DNA from: Adineta vaga
Lineage: Eukaryota > Animalia > Rotifera
DNA length: 64,000 nucleotides
Assembly: GCA_021613535.1 (NCBI GenBank)
Contig: CP075492.1
Location: forward strand, 4,154,001-4,218,000
Direction of reading: 5' to 3'
Each line of letters starts with the position of its first letter. The first letter of the stretch is position 1. A program made the position numbers and the translations under genes. Below are positions 26,046-39,398 of this stretch, one piece after another. The notes beneath the pieces are model-generated. The model did not search any database. It saw only the letters and a program-made list of their open reading frames with translations, and was not told the origin of the DNA.

Positions 26046-26327
26046 AATGCACCAATTGTTTATTGTAGTTGAAATTTGGTGCTTTGTTAACCGGTGTATC
26101 ACTTTTATTTTTTATTTGTAAATTTTATTTATTCAATAGAACAATTTGTGATTTTGTTCTTTTAACCAAATATTGATCAAATGGCAAAGAGAAACTGTTC
26201 TTTTGTTTTTTTGTTAATAATAATACAAAGAGTTTAAATACGTATCATATGAATTGTATTTAAAATAAATTAAAAAAAGGACTCAGATTTTAATATTCGC
26301 TTTTTCTCTTTCTCTCTTTTGTTGGAG

Positions 26328-26807
26328 ATGGGTCGAAAGTATTATTGTGATTATTGTGATAGAAGAATTCCACCTGGTTTAACTCATCGAAAGAATCATA
26401 ATCGAACAATTCAACATATAAATAATAAACGAACGTATTATTTTCAATTTAAAGGTTGAGAAAATGATTGATAGTTTGAAATTTTAATTTGAAATAAATG
26501 TTTTCATTTAGATTTAACAGAGATTTTATTAGAGGAACGATCAAAGAGAATTTGTAATAAATGGAATCAGACTGGTTCGTGTCCGTTTGGTGAGAATTGT
26601 AAGTATTCGCATCGATCAAATTATAAACTTATACAATTGATCGAACAAGCACAACAAAGTAGTTTTTGATTGTTTTTGTTACTAAAAATACTTTTTTTGT
26701 CTTCATGAAAAATAGATTCAACGAATCCATCAAATTTCGATGTGCAACGATGGATAGGAAAGAAATTACCAAATGGAATTCATTTGCCTGAATCTCTTGC
26801 TTCATGA
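26328..26807 (+). CDS. ZMAT5: Zinc finger matrin-type 5 (U11/U12-20K)-like, 3 exons
   Basis: MGRKYYCDYCDR...HRKNH matrin finger followed by a CCCH finger (CNKWNQTGSCPFGENCKYSH). Confidence 0.85.
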
Positions 26808-27665
26808 TTATTAAATATATATCAAGATAATAATCAATAACTTTCGAAATATCATTAGAATAAAATATATATTAATATTGTGGGTGTAGACCATCTGATA
26901 CCCTATAATCAGTATAGCGCATATGACTCTAGATGTCGATGATTGCTGAATGTGATCTGTATGTTATTACAAAGATATAATAAAGTCGTTCCTAATTTTA
27001 CTATAGAGAACAATTAGAAATGATAAATCTTGAGGGTGTGGGTATGATCGTAAACTCATTTTGATATAATTTTGATTCGTTCACCTTAACATATGTAATA
27101 AATTCATACCTATTAACAAAAGATAAAACAGTTGATTTCATCTCGTTTTCTTTTTTGTACATCGATGAGTAAGGACATTTTCAAAACTACGCATTTCAAT
27201 TTGAATTAATTAAACTTTGGAAATCAAATCTTCACAAACAAACGAAGATAATGTCGATGACATCGTTATAATACTTTCTATTAATCTAAAAGAAATCTTC
27301 CATTTTATCATTGACTCTTTATAATTTATTCGAGAATAATCGCTTGTGCATGTCTTGTGTGAGCGAATAAATTTTATAAACAAAACGATACCTCATGCTA
27401 ATCTCCTATATGTTAGTCTAAGTGAACAAACACTTTTCTAGTTGTGATTTAGAAGACTCTTTGATCAGTTTATTAGAATAATATGTAAAGAGAAACTTTG
27501 TCAATTATTAACTACAATAGCTCGATCAATAATATTGTTTTATTTTAATTGATCAATGACAAGTAATATAAAAAACAAAATTATAAAACAAGAGAACACA
27601 AATGAGTAAAATTTGTATGTGAAAGGGAATACTTGATATAATTGTGATATGAAAGAATATTATAC

Positions 27666-27714
27666 ATCAGTTTTTTGTCTGTACATTCTATATACTTTCA
27701 ACAAAAAACATCAT
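27666..27714 (-). promoter_or_regulatory. Type II SECIS element, copy B
   Basis: Minus strand AUGAU-GUUUUUUGUU-G-AAA-GUAUAU-AGA-AUGUAC-A-GACAAAAAAC-UGAU. Same fold as copy A with compensatory changes. Confidence 0.9.
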
Positions 27715-27745
27715 TTTACTTCTTTACATATCACAATCACTCTCT

Positions 27746-29893
27746 TTATTCACATTGCTGAATCGCCTCATCCAATGCATTTTTGATTAATTCTAATGGA
27801 TATGATCCTTGAATTGGTGTAGCTATATAACTCAATCGTTTCATTCGATCAACAACATAAAATCGAATTGGCCATGGATTATATTCTTTACTAAATGGAT
27901 TACCAAGTGATACTGGATCGATCAACATTGGTATTCGATAATCGGTTGCTTTGATGAAATCTGTAGCAATCTTCAATCGATCAGTATCACATTTGGGTTG
28001 AACATAACATATTCGACTACCGATTGGCCATTCATCAGATGCATGTGCTTCTTCGATATAGACAGTCACCATATCAACACGATCTTTGTACATATCCATG
28101 AGTTGATGAAGTTGTGGTACAGCACCACGAAATGGAGGTCATGTATATGAGCCAGCAATGATTAACAATGGTCGATGAGGAGAATGACAATGTGATAATA
28201 ATGATACAAATTGTTGATCCATATTCAGTAGTTGCACATCAGGTGATGGATCACCAACTTCGAGATGACCTTGTCGTGCACGATTATGTCGAACATAGAG
28301 AGAAAGATCATGAAATTCATCATCATTTGAATAGATTTGATGAGCACTTCTCAAAATATTTAAACCATGTTGAATTTCTTGATCAGTTGCATCTTGACCA
28401 ATAGCTTCTTTGATTAGATTTGTTTGAAGATCAGCAATAATATCCATCCAATCAATATCAGTTCGATCTTGAATAGATGCAAGAAGTTGTTGTATTTGTG
28501 GAGATAACCGTAATTGTTCTTCTTTGATAAGTAAATTTTTGAGGATGTCACGTTCTAATAATCGATAGACTCGAAGTTGTTTTTGTGTTGATAAAAGTCA
28601 TTGACCATTAGAAGTATTCTCATCATCATCATCTTCACCTTCGCTGTCTTCTGCATCATCGACAGGGGTTGGTAAGATCATAGCTTTCAAATTTGGAATA
28701 TCATTAGGAATATAAAATGCAGCGATTTCATTATATAAAGTTGAAAGAATAGTTTGTCCTTGCACAATAGTATCTTGTAATTCGAATGGTGATAATTGTT
28801 GACTACTATTTTTACAATTCAATTGAAATGCAAGTACTTTTTTAACAGCATCAACACTGGTAGCAGGAAACTCTCGAAAATCTTGTCGACCACTGGTAAA
28901 ATGATACATTCCGCCTCGTAATCGTAATACTAAATGTATTGTGCTTTCTTTTTTTATATTGTAGTCACCAAGAGTTCTGCCATCTTCTAATTGCGTTCCA
29001 TTGAATATTATACGTTGTTGATCAACACAAATACCTTCCACTTCTTCAATTAATTCTTTCACGCTTGGTACCTCCATTTGGCGGTTTACTTCAATGGTAA
29101 TTGTTTTTCCAGTGAGAGTTTTCACAAATAACTGGTAGCTCTCGTGAACATGAGGATCAGTCTATATAAAAGAAGCGAAATAAAATTAGATTAGATTATT
29201 AAGATATAAATCTTAGGTTACTTTTTTATTGTAAACTTTTGCCAATAGAACACAATTTTGTAGATAAACCTGACTTGACATGACTGTATCTTCACATTTT
29301 AATAATGTGCCTTCAGTCCAGTTTGTTGCATTTGGTGTTGCATTTTGTTCGATAGTCGATGATTTCAGCTGAATATCGGTAAACCGTCTTTGTTCTTTTA
29401 TCCTCTGTTGAATCTTTTCCATATTATCTGTTAATAATATATTAATAGTAATTTTTCGTGACAAAAATGATTCATGAGTTCCAATCCATACAGTTACTTC
29501 ACCATATGAAACAAATTGCTGGTTCGTTGTGTAGTTGGAAACAGATGATTTTAAATCACCTTCGTTCAATGGTACAATACTATTTTCATTTAAAATACCG
29601 ATCCGTATCCATGGTTGTAAATATTTCGGAACATAGTCTTTTTTATATTTTTTGATTATTTTCGTGATTGGTTCATGATCCATGTATTTATTCTTCATCA
29701 GATTTCCATATGGATCAATAAATGTTAATAAACGTGATTTTAATTCATTTTGTAGTCTTTTATCTGTTTGCCATTGATTATTAAGACGAGTTTCCATTTC
29801 AAGCATTTCATTTTGAATTGTTTGAACTTGAGAAACTAAATCTTCATAAATAAACGATGTTGCTGTCGGTATAACAACGGCAGCAGTCGCCAT
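27746..29893 (-). CDS. Ubiquitin-domain / deiodinase-like selenoprotein fusion, copy B (exons 29893-29222, 29161-27746; in-frame TGA at 28600-28598 and 28141-28139; 695 aa)
   Basis: Same architecture, intron position and UGA codon numbers (412, 565) as copy A, with its own SECIS. Confidence 0.85.
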
Positions 29894-30693
29894 GATTCGT
29901 ATTTCTTACTAATGACTTATCTGAAAATGAAATATTTATCAATGATGATCACTAACTAAAAATACTACTTAAATAATAATTCATTCTTTGTTGTTTTTCT
30001 GATTTCTGCCGTATGACTCACATAGTATCTATATATCGCAGTACAGTTTTTTCCCAGTGAGAGAATAGAGACATTTGAAGGAAAATCGTAACATTACCTT
30101 TCTTCACCAATGAAAAATACAACTGATGATATATGTTGAAATGCGTTATTACTCAAGTGCTTTTCTTATTTAATATTTTTATGTGCGGAAAAAGTTCATT
30201 ACATGTACCACGCGTAATTACATCGTCAATGCAGACAACAGAATAAAGAAACTATATTTATAAAAGCGCATAAGTAATAAACGTGTTTGGAAGTGATTCA
30301 TGTTCTTCACCTGATACTCCATACTTCTATCAAAGAATTACGAAAGACTATTCCGTTGTTTATTTCAATTTTTCTTTCGAAATGAAATCAGATGGCGCGC
30401 GTAATAAATCTTTAATAAATTCTTAATTTGAACATTCTATTGATAATTAACTGGTATGAATAAATAGTTGAATTGAAAATATTTTCTACGGACAACTTTA
30501 AATTGGAAAAATTTTTTCGAACATTCAACCTTCTCCTTCTATCTGATCTTCAATTTTTGAGATATAAACTGATATCTCAAAAGAATCAACCTTGAATTGA
30601 TATATATATATACATATGAAGGTTAAAACAAAGAGTAATTTTTCTTTTTAGTTTATCAGTTAATATGCATATAACAAAACAATTATTAGATGT

Positions 30694-31029
30694 TTATTTT
30701 TTTTCTTTTTGTTGTTGAATCTTATTCAATAATAATTCGATCTGTTCGCCCATGATAGGTTGACCACGACGTGTTTTCTTTACGAGTTTTTTCGAACGAT
30801 TTTGTTTGTTGATTTTATATTGAGCCATAGCAGTGTTTACTGCTTGTTTATGTTCTTCTTTTACCTTTGAAGAAAAAAAAGAAATTCATTCAAGTGCTAT
30901 GGAAAACAAATGACCAATTACTTTTTTATCTAATTCTTTTTCTTGTTTTCGTTGAATATGTGCATCACGAATCTTTTGATTATGTGATTTTCTTTCGAAT
31001 GGTTTAGAATTTGTGGTGTTCTTCTTCAT
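30694..31029 (-). CDS. CCDC59: CCDC59/TAP26 (Fyv7-like) small basic protein, 2 exons
   Basis: C-terminal KKLVKKTRRGQPIMGEQIELLLNKIQ matches the KT.KGQP.M...ME.LL.KI signature. Confidence 0.75.
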
Positions 31030-31207
31030 TTTTCTAGAAAAACAAGCCGAATCATTAGATAATAATCCTAATATTAATTTCTTTATTAAGTTATGTTCGG
31101 TTGTATATTATTTACTACACGAATGGTCTCTCATTGAATTGATCTAGAGGTATTACAAAAAAAGAACGAAAGGAAAAACAAACAGATGAAGAGAGACTAT
31201 TTGAAAT

Positions 31208-31610
31208 GATGAAGTTCATTTCGATTTTGACAAGATCGACCGAGTTGACGATGAAGCAAGTAATAACTGATTTGTACTAAATAAAGAAACACCAACTCCA
31301 ATGATGGACATAAGAACAGCAGCACTGAATGAAAAACGATCTTTTTTCATTGTTGAATTGGCTAAATCATATCTCTAAAATGACCGAAAAATTTTTAGAG
31401 ATAAAAATTTGATGGAAATAAACTGACCGAAAATAATTTTGAACCATTCTTGGCAGCTGCTCCTAATACCATCGTTACCTACAGTGAACGAAGAGTACAA
31501 AAAGAAAGAAAAGAAAAAAAACATCATAATTGAAATCTATTGGTTAATTTACGTAATCAACCGAATAAGTCTTTATATATAGATGGAGTTGTATACAGTA
31601 TCTATCTCGG
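31208..31610 (-). CDS. Small uncharacterised membrane protein; start unresolved
   Basis: Phase-compatible exons VTMVLGAAAKNGSKLFS / RYDLANSTMKKDRFSFSAAVLMSIIGVGVSLFST...SK* with GT-AG introns. Confidence 0.35.
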
Positions 31611-32252
31611 AATATTTTTATGTTTTCTAGAGATGATTCTTCTTACACAAATCATCTTGTGCTATAATCCTTGACTATGAACATAGTGGCAATTTTATCG
31701 ATGAAAAATAATTTACATTTCAAGCAAATAGTATGAGGTACGTAGTCTCAACGATACCTATTTTCATCAGCATATAAAACAAAACAAAACCAAGCTGGAC
31801 ATTTTCCTGGCTTTTATTTTCATGTGTAGTCTCATCAGACCAAACGATGCGGTCCCTGTTACGGTGACTATGGTTAGATGGTGAACTCGTTCAATTCCAA
31901 CGCCGTATGTAGATTCATTGATTATGAATTCAATTGACTGAATGAACAAGGAAATGTATTGTCATTGTATATACTGAAGTTAATATAGTTTTAGCAATAA
32001 GGAGAACTCTGTACTGTAATAGAAGTCGATTATTTTCTTCATATGTAATCAACTTAGTTAGTTTTATGTCTAGATGGAGTTCGATGAAATTTTATATAGT
32101 TTGTTTATGTTAGGTACAATTTCATTGGTATCGAATTAAAAAAAAAGTTTTTATGTTTAAATAATACATTGATATGATTGGTCCACAGAGACAGTCCATA
32201 TTTTATCCAGCGAATCAATATTAATTTTCGTATCATTATTTTTGTTTTCAAC

Positions 32253-34086
32253 ATGACCGACAAGTTTTCGATTAATCATCCGTATCAAAAACGAGCATTT
32301 ATTTCAAAACTAAACCCTGAATCACCTCCATTTCAACCTTCTTCTTTCTATCAGCATATACAAGAAGTATCACAACCAAAACCGACGTTAGAAAATTATA
32401 ACAATCATCTGCATATTCAATCTGTTACAAACGGATTTCACGACAATCATAATTATTCGTCTACAATAATTCATCCAGCAGAATCAACTGAACATCAAGT
32501 ATCACATCCACATTATATTGAAGAAACGATGCCTAATGGTCGACAGTCAACCAGATCAACTCATTTTGAACCAGTGAATGTTTCTTGGTCGGATGATCTG
32601 TTTGAAACAACTACGAATACTCATAATGACGAAGTATTGAATCATGAAGAGAAGTAAGTAATCTCCAAGTTTTTGACTATCATCAGATATTAATTCTTTT
32701 TTTTTAGAGCACAACGTGAACTGGATGAGGAAGAAATTCCTCCAGCTGAATTATCTCTTGATGAATCTTCAACACATATCGAAACTACTACGTCTTATAA
32801 TGAACCTGAATCTAACATAGATGAGACTCGTCCATTAACCGAACTTGAATCACCCTATGAACAGCACACAGTAAATGAATTGTCAACTTCATTACCTGAT
32901 GTTGTTGCTGAAACACTTGAGCAAAATGAATCTGATGATGTTCTTGGAAACAAATCTCTACTCAAACAAGTACGAACAACGAAAAACAAAACATTGATTA
33001 AAACAATATTTCATTTTTCTATCCTTTTAGACAATCACTCCTGGTACACTCGATACTCGTCCATTTCGTGATACTCTCGCCACAGTTTCCTACAAATTAT
33101 ATTTAGTTGATAATTTAACAGAAGATTCTCGTTTAATCGAAACAATAACTAATGAAAGCTTCATTATTGGTGAATATGATATTTTACCAGCTATTGATAT
33201 TGTTATTCAATTAATGGATCGTAGTGAACATGCATTAATTGATTCCGATGTTCGACATTGTTATGGTGAAAATGGTTGTGAAGAAAAACAAATTCCACCC
33301 ATAACATCAACGAATTCATATCGAATGAAAATTGACTTAGAACTTGTTGATTGGACGGATGCACCAGATATTCCAACATTATCAGTGAATGAAAGACTTA
33401 ATTGGAGTGATAAGAAACGTCAACGAGGAAACTTTTGTTATCGTCGTAAAGATTATTCATCAGCTCTTCATTGTTATCGTAATGCATTGAAATACTTAGA
33501 TGTCAATAAAAATCCATTAATGGAAGAAGAAGAAAATCAATCTTCGAACTTAACAGAACGATATATTCAAGTACAAAACAATCTTGCACAAGTTTATTTA
33601 TTCAATAATCAATATGAACAATGCTTGGAAGCAGTAGATGCTGTTCTAAAACATGATTCACAAAATATCAAAGCATTATTTCGACAAGGAAAAGCTCTAG
33701 TTGAATTAGGAAACTATGATCAAGCACTTCGACCATTGAAATTATTATTACAAAGTTCAAGTAAAGATGTTGAGAAAGACAAAGTAACAGAAATGTTGAA
33801 TATTTGTGAAACAAAATTAGCAAAATATAAAAAAAATGAAAAAGAAATTTATCAAAAAATGTTTCAATCAAAAACAGCTACAACAACAGTTGAAGAAAAA
33901 AAGTTACCAACAAAACCTGTTCAAAAGGTTTGAATTTGTCTGCGTTTTTCAAAAGAAATTATATGATTCTTTATTTTCTAGGTTGAAACCAAAACAAATA
34001 ATAATACTAATTGGTTGACATATGTTGCAATGGGTAGTGCAGTTGTAGCTGCTATGGGTCTTGCTGCAATTATTAAATATCGATAA
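32253..34086 (+). CDS. FKBP8: FKBP8/FKBP38-like immunophilin (acidic N-terminus, FKBP-like domain, TPRs, C-terminal tail anchor)
   Basis: DVLGNKSLLK, YGENG...IPP, KRQRGNFCY, NNLAQ, NIKALFRQGKAL, EKEIYQKMF, terminal WLTYVAMGSAVVAAMGLAAIIKYR. Confidence 0.85.
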
Positions 34087-34390
34087 ATATTTCGATAACG
34101 TTTCTTTTTCTCTGTGTTGCCCGATATTATGTGTCTTTCAATGTTCGCTTGAATCTTTCTTTCTCTTTGTTTTTCATATCAAATACATCTAACAATAAAC
34201 ATTCAACTGTTGTTTCAATGAGAATCATACGTACAAATGATATATTTTGGAAGACTCTAATTTTCCAATAAAATGATACCTAATAGAAACAATAATTCGT
34301 CGACATATTGTTCACAGAATCAATAATAAACATCACTGAAATCTTTTGTTTTCTGTTCTCTTCTCTCATATGACTGAACTAAGTGGTCCA

Positions 34391-34860
34391 ACGGAACAAC
34401 CAGCAGCATGATCAATGATATTTTTTCATCCAAGTAAAACTTTTGTTTTGAAAAAATATTCTTACGAAATCTAATTCTTCATTTAGTTTATCTTCGTTCA
34501 ACATCTGAAAAATGGTATAAATATTATCCATGGGATTCAAATTGGAAAAAACTTTCGATTGGTTTAAGTCTTTCAATTGGATATTATATTTATCTATTCT
34601 TTTTATCAATATCAACAGTATTGAGAAAGTTTTCGCAGTTTTATTTCATTATTTGCATTACTTCTTTCACTATTCGTTAAATGTAATGGTTTACAATTAT
34701 TAAAACTTCTACCAACGAAAATCCATTCTACTGCAAACTTCCCAACCTGCATACGAATTGTTCATAAAAATGTTTTATCTCTTACTTCCTCAGTAATTTT
34801 ACGTGATCTACTTGCTATTCTTATCGTAACGGTTTTTCTTTTCTCTTCATGCCTTTTTCT
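34391..34860 (+). pseudogene. Decayed partial duplicate of the 5' end of the neighbouring antiporter gene
   Basis: Aligns by eye to about 35790-36300, including the first intron. ATG>ACG at 34391, TGG>TGA at 34409-34411, deletions. Confidence 0.85.
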
Positions 34861-35789
34861 AAACTATTTGTTTATGTTGATCATGTATGAAGATGGAGAA
34901 AAACAATCAAACATCTCACGAATAACGATAGATCAAGAAAAAAACGTTCATCGTTAAATAAAGCCAAGAAAAAGAAGCAACAATAACAAAATATCCTATA
35001 TTCGTTCTTCTATTAAACGTTATATTTTTCTCGTAATTGATCGTAAATAATTTTACTAATACTTCCATATTGATTGATATGATCAGATACTTCTTTAGTG
35101 AAATCAATAGTTTTGTTTTGATTGTTCTTCATCCTAAAATAAAAAAGAAGGGTTTGACTTTTGAAATTGATAGATGGCTATTTTTGTCATAAACGGGATT
35201 GAGAAAAAAAACTTCTTACAGGGATTTTTTCTGCTATATCACATATGCAACAGCTATATTGTGAATGGCAAAAGATCTATATATATATCATATTTTTCAT
35301 TGACCTCGTCCGTCATTGAAAACAAATATGTGAAAAATAAAGTTTACATACAGGAATGTTGATAAACATATTTTCATTAGTTTCATTTTCATTCAAACAA
35401 TTCATCGTATTAAGCATTTCCTCCGATTTGATTTGATTTAGTCCTAAAAAAACTTAGCCTAGTCAACAGATAACTTTCTAAAGTTCCTTATTCACTACAA
35501 CGTGTGGAACATGGCATTCGACCAGCTTTAGATTGTGACATGTAACATGATGGCAACAGTTAACCTGAGAAACTATTGTAGCGATGCGGATCTGTGTAAT
35601 ATTAATTAATAGGCACTGGAAGACATTGTTCGAGTTGATTTCCTTTGTGAATTGAAGATGGAGTGAAAGATCGAATGGAATAAAAATATAGACTATCAGA
35701 AAATAATCCTCTACGAAGTCATAAACAAAATTCTTGTTTACAGGATCAGCGATAAACATCGCTGCCATCGACATTCTTTTCTCGATACA

Positions 35790-37410
35790 ATGGAACAACC
35801 AGCGACTTGGTCTATGATTTTTTTTCTCATACTTCTTCTTATCATTATATTCTTTCCATTTTTTCATCCAAGTAATTCATTTTCGAACTAACTTCCTTAC
35901 GGAATCTAATTCTTCATTTAGTTTATCTTCGTTCAACATCTGAAAAATGGCATAACTATTATCCATGGGATTCGAATTGGAAAAAACTTTTGATTGGTTT
36001 AAGTCTTTCAATTGGATATTATATTTATTTATTCACTTTATCATCTTCCATAGCATGGAAAATGTTTTCATTTAGTTTTCATAGTTTTATTTCATTATTT
36101 GCATTACTTTTTTCACTATTTGTTTCATGTACTGGTTTACCATTACTAAAACTTCCTTCAACGAAAATTCATTCGTCTACAAAACTATTAACTCTAATTT
36201 GTATTGTTGGTAAAAATGTTCTTTTTCTAGCTTTTTCAACAATTTTATGTAATTTAATTGGTACACTTGCTGCAAGTGTTCTTCTTTTTCCTTCATTTCT
36301 TTCTCAAAATTCATCTCGATTAAATCATTTAAATAATCAACGGTTTCTAATTATCTTCTTCATAATAATAATCGGAAATTGTGCTGGAGTATTAAGTCCA
36401 TTAGGTGATCCTCCATTATATATGGGTTATACCAATGGTGTTGAATTTAAATTTACATTTATATATCTTTATAAGATATTTTTAGTTGCTAATGTATATA
36501 TTTTAATTATATTTGCATTTATTGATTTGTTTAATGCATGGATTTATCGAAGAGAACAAAAACATCATAAGAATCGAACATATGAATTAACATCTTCTGG
36601 TGAAAAATTTGATGAACGTTATGATCTTTCATCTGCAGTGCGGATTCAATGGAATGGAATTTATCATGGAGTTTTTTTGGTGTTAATTATCGGTACTGTA
36701 CTACTGAAAGGTTTTAATATTCCATTGAAATGGCCAGAATATGTTCAAGAAATCATTTTATTTATCATTGCAATTGTATGTATTTGTTTTGATGTTGTTT
36801 GGACAAAACAAACATTAAAACAATGGTGGAAGAGCAATTATTCGACACGTATTGAACCTGTTGCAGAAGTGATTGTAATTTTTGTTGGATTATTTTTTAC
36901 TATGTCAGCACCAATAACAATTTTATCGAATTTAAATCTTCAATTCGGACCAAAAGTATGTGATTTGTTTCGTTGAAAATGAATTAAACTTATTCTCTTT
37001 AGTTATTATTTCTATTATCGGGAATCTTTGCTGCACTTCTTGATAATGCTCCAGTTTATATCAGTTTTGCTGCAAGTGCTGCTGCACGACATAATATTAC
37101 TGTTGATACGACTGATTTTCTTGCTACTTTCTTTGCTGAACATGAAACTGATGCAATCATTACCATTCGTGCCATATCCGCCGGATCAGTTCTAATGGGA
37201 GCATGTACTTTACTTGGAAATGCACCGAATATGATTATTGCATTAATGGCAACTCGATATACGTATCGATTAGAAAATTCAATGAATAAATCCGAAGATG
37301 AAGACATTCCGATTTATCGTTTGGAAAATGTTGGATTTATTCGATTTATGATAACATCTTGTTTAATATTAACACCGATTTTTGTTGTAATAGATTTATT
37401 TATGTTGTAA
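35790..37410 (+). CDS. Ion-transporter superfamily permease (CitMHS_2 / putative Na+/H+ antiporter type), 3 exons
   Basis: Multi-TM protein with GNCAGVLSPLGDPPLYMGY, EV...F.G.F.TM, LLDNAP.Y..F and AISAGSVLMGACTLLGNAPNM motifs typical of this mainly prokaryotic family. Confidence 0.8.
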
Positions 37411-38396
37411 TTATAAGAGCGACATAGTCGTCATTATTAGAATAGTATTAATAGTGTGAATACATTCAATTTATCATAAAAGTAAATTCTTCCGCATATG
37501 AAATTTAACGGATACTATGAATAGATTATACGAGGGTTTCGTTGACGTACTATCATTTATTTTTGACAGATTGAACAAAAAGTAAACTTGACGTCAATAG
37601 TAAGGCGATAATTGACAAATTATATTGAGTTCATGTGTTTGCGTAGGATGATGAATGATTATTCAATTTTCAACGGAAGATCTTCTCATAGTAAAAAGTA
37701 GGCAAACTAATAATTGTTGATGTTAATAATAAACATTATCATATTTCATGATTTTTCAAGCTTAGCTATATTTTTCTCGTAGAAAAATCATATAATGAAC
37801 ATATTTACAAACTGTATATGATACTTTTTTTTAATATTTGTTTGAAAAATATTTATTCCGTTATTCAACTCTAACGTAATTCTAGTCTCTATTTGCTTGA
37901 AAGAAAACCTCAATTTGACGTTTGATAATACACTACAAATGATTTGTTGAATTCTAAAATCATGTGTTTTTGTTGAAACTTTCTTATCCTTCGTTTTTTT
38001 TTCATGTATAGCATCTAACTTACAATCCTCAAAGAAGTATTTTCTCTTTCAAGTGCATAATCTCTATTCATTAAAATCTAATAACTATGAAGATTATATA
38101 TTCCTTGAATACTTGAATAGATGCTGTTTTTATCAATGCTACTTAGTAAAAAAAAGGTCATGTTCGTAATGAGTTATTTTTATCTCTTGTATAGTAAACC
38201 TGATGATAGTTTCGAAACAAAGTAGATAATCATATTTACATTAAAATTTTTATCTCGTAAAGTTCAAAAAAAGCATACATGTTTACAACTAATTTTAAAC
38301 AAAAAGAAAAAAAAAGAACTGTTATTTTTATGTTCAATGTCATATCGGAATAAATATGTATTCATCATGGTAGTTAACGTGAAGCAATCTGTTGTT

Positions 38397-39398
38397 TTAC
38401 TTGTCTAATCCAGCCTAGAAAAAAGAAAATTAATATTGACAAGATCTTGTTTTTCTTTCCTAGAAAAATTCTTACTGGATAAACAAATGATGTTAAGGTT
38501 CGACAACGATTCTGACAACAGACTTGACATTTATATAATCCCATATGATCTTCGAAATTTGCATCTTTCAATATTAAATCCGTTTGTTCATTAAAAGTAT
38601 TTAATGGTTCATCTTCAGGATCAAACCATCGTACTGTACATGTATCTTTTTCATAACCACCAACACGACACATCAGTGATGTTTGACTTCGTGGTTCGAA
38701 TAGAGTTTGATATGTATGAACTAGAGAGAAAAGAAAAGATATAGAAAATATCTTACCAGAACAAATATTCTTACCAGTAATCAATGCATCTTCAGAAAAT
38801 TTCGTTGGAATAGAATTCATATCTATAAAATGAATGAACAATAGTAAAGAAATAGAATGAACTAAAGAACTTACTATTCATTTTGACACGAATATCAAAA
38901 TCATGTTGAGCTGTAATATCATCATGGATAGCCACACATTGATAGATACCATTCATATCAAAATGAGTTTGGTCAATTTCAATTGTGGAGACAATTGTTG
39001 AAACAAGAAATGAATTTTCAATCTTATCATCTTCTTCTTCCAGAATAGACTAAAACGAATGAATGAAATTAAATGAATTTTAGAGAAATTCGTTGAATTA
39101 CTTTAGAAAGAAATGATTGAATTAATGTTCCATTATGAAACCAGAATACATTAAGTTTATCAAAATTTGATAAAAATGCACAAGTTAGACGAAATTGTGA
39201 ACCTTCATTAATATTCAATTGATTTGCTGAACTTAATTCTGGTACAAAAGTAACCGCTTTCTGTTGTCGTAATTTATCCAATAATAACGATGATGAACAA
39301 CTGATAATCGTGATTGTTAGAAGATACTAAGCAAAACAATATATTCAAGTAATGAAAAACTTAGACAGTATATTTACAAGTGTGAATGTATTAGCCAT
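38397..39398 (-). CDS. Secreted two-Ig-domain protein (IMP-L2/ZIG-like)
   Basis: Signal peptide, Ig1 (LTC...VFWFHNG...GIYQC), Ig2 (LMC...VRWFD...MGLYKC), C-terminal SFVYP, no TM. Confidence 0.7.
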
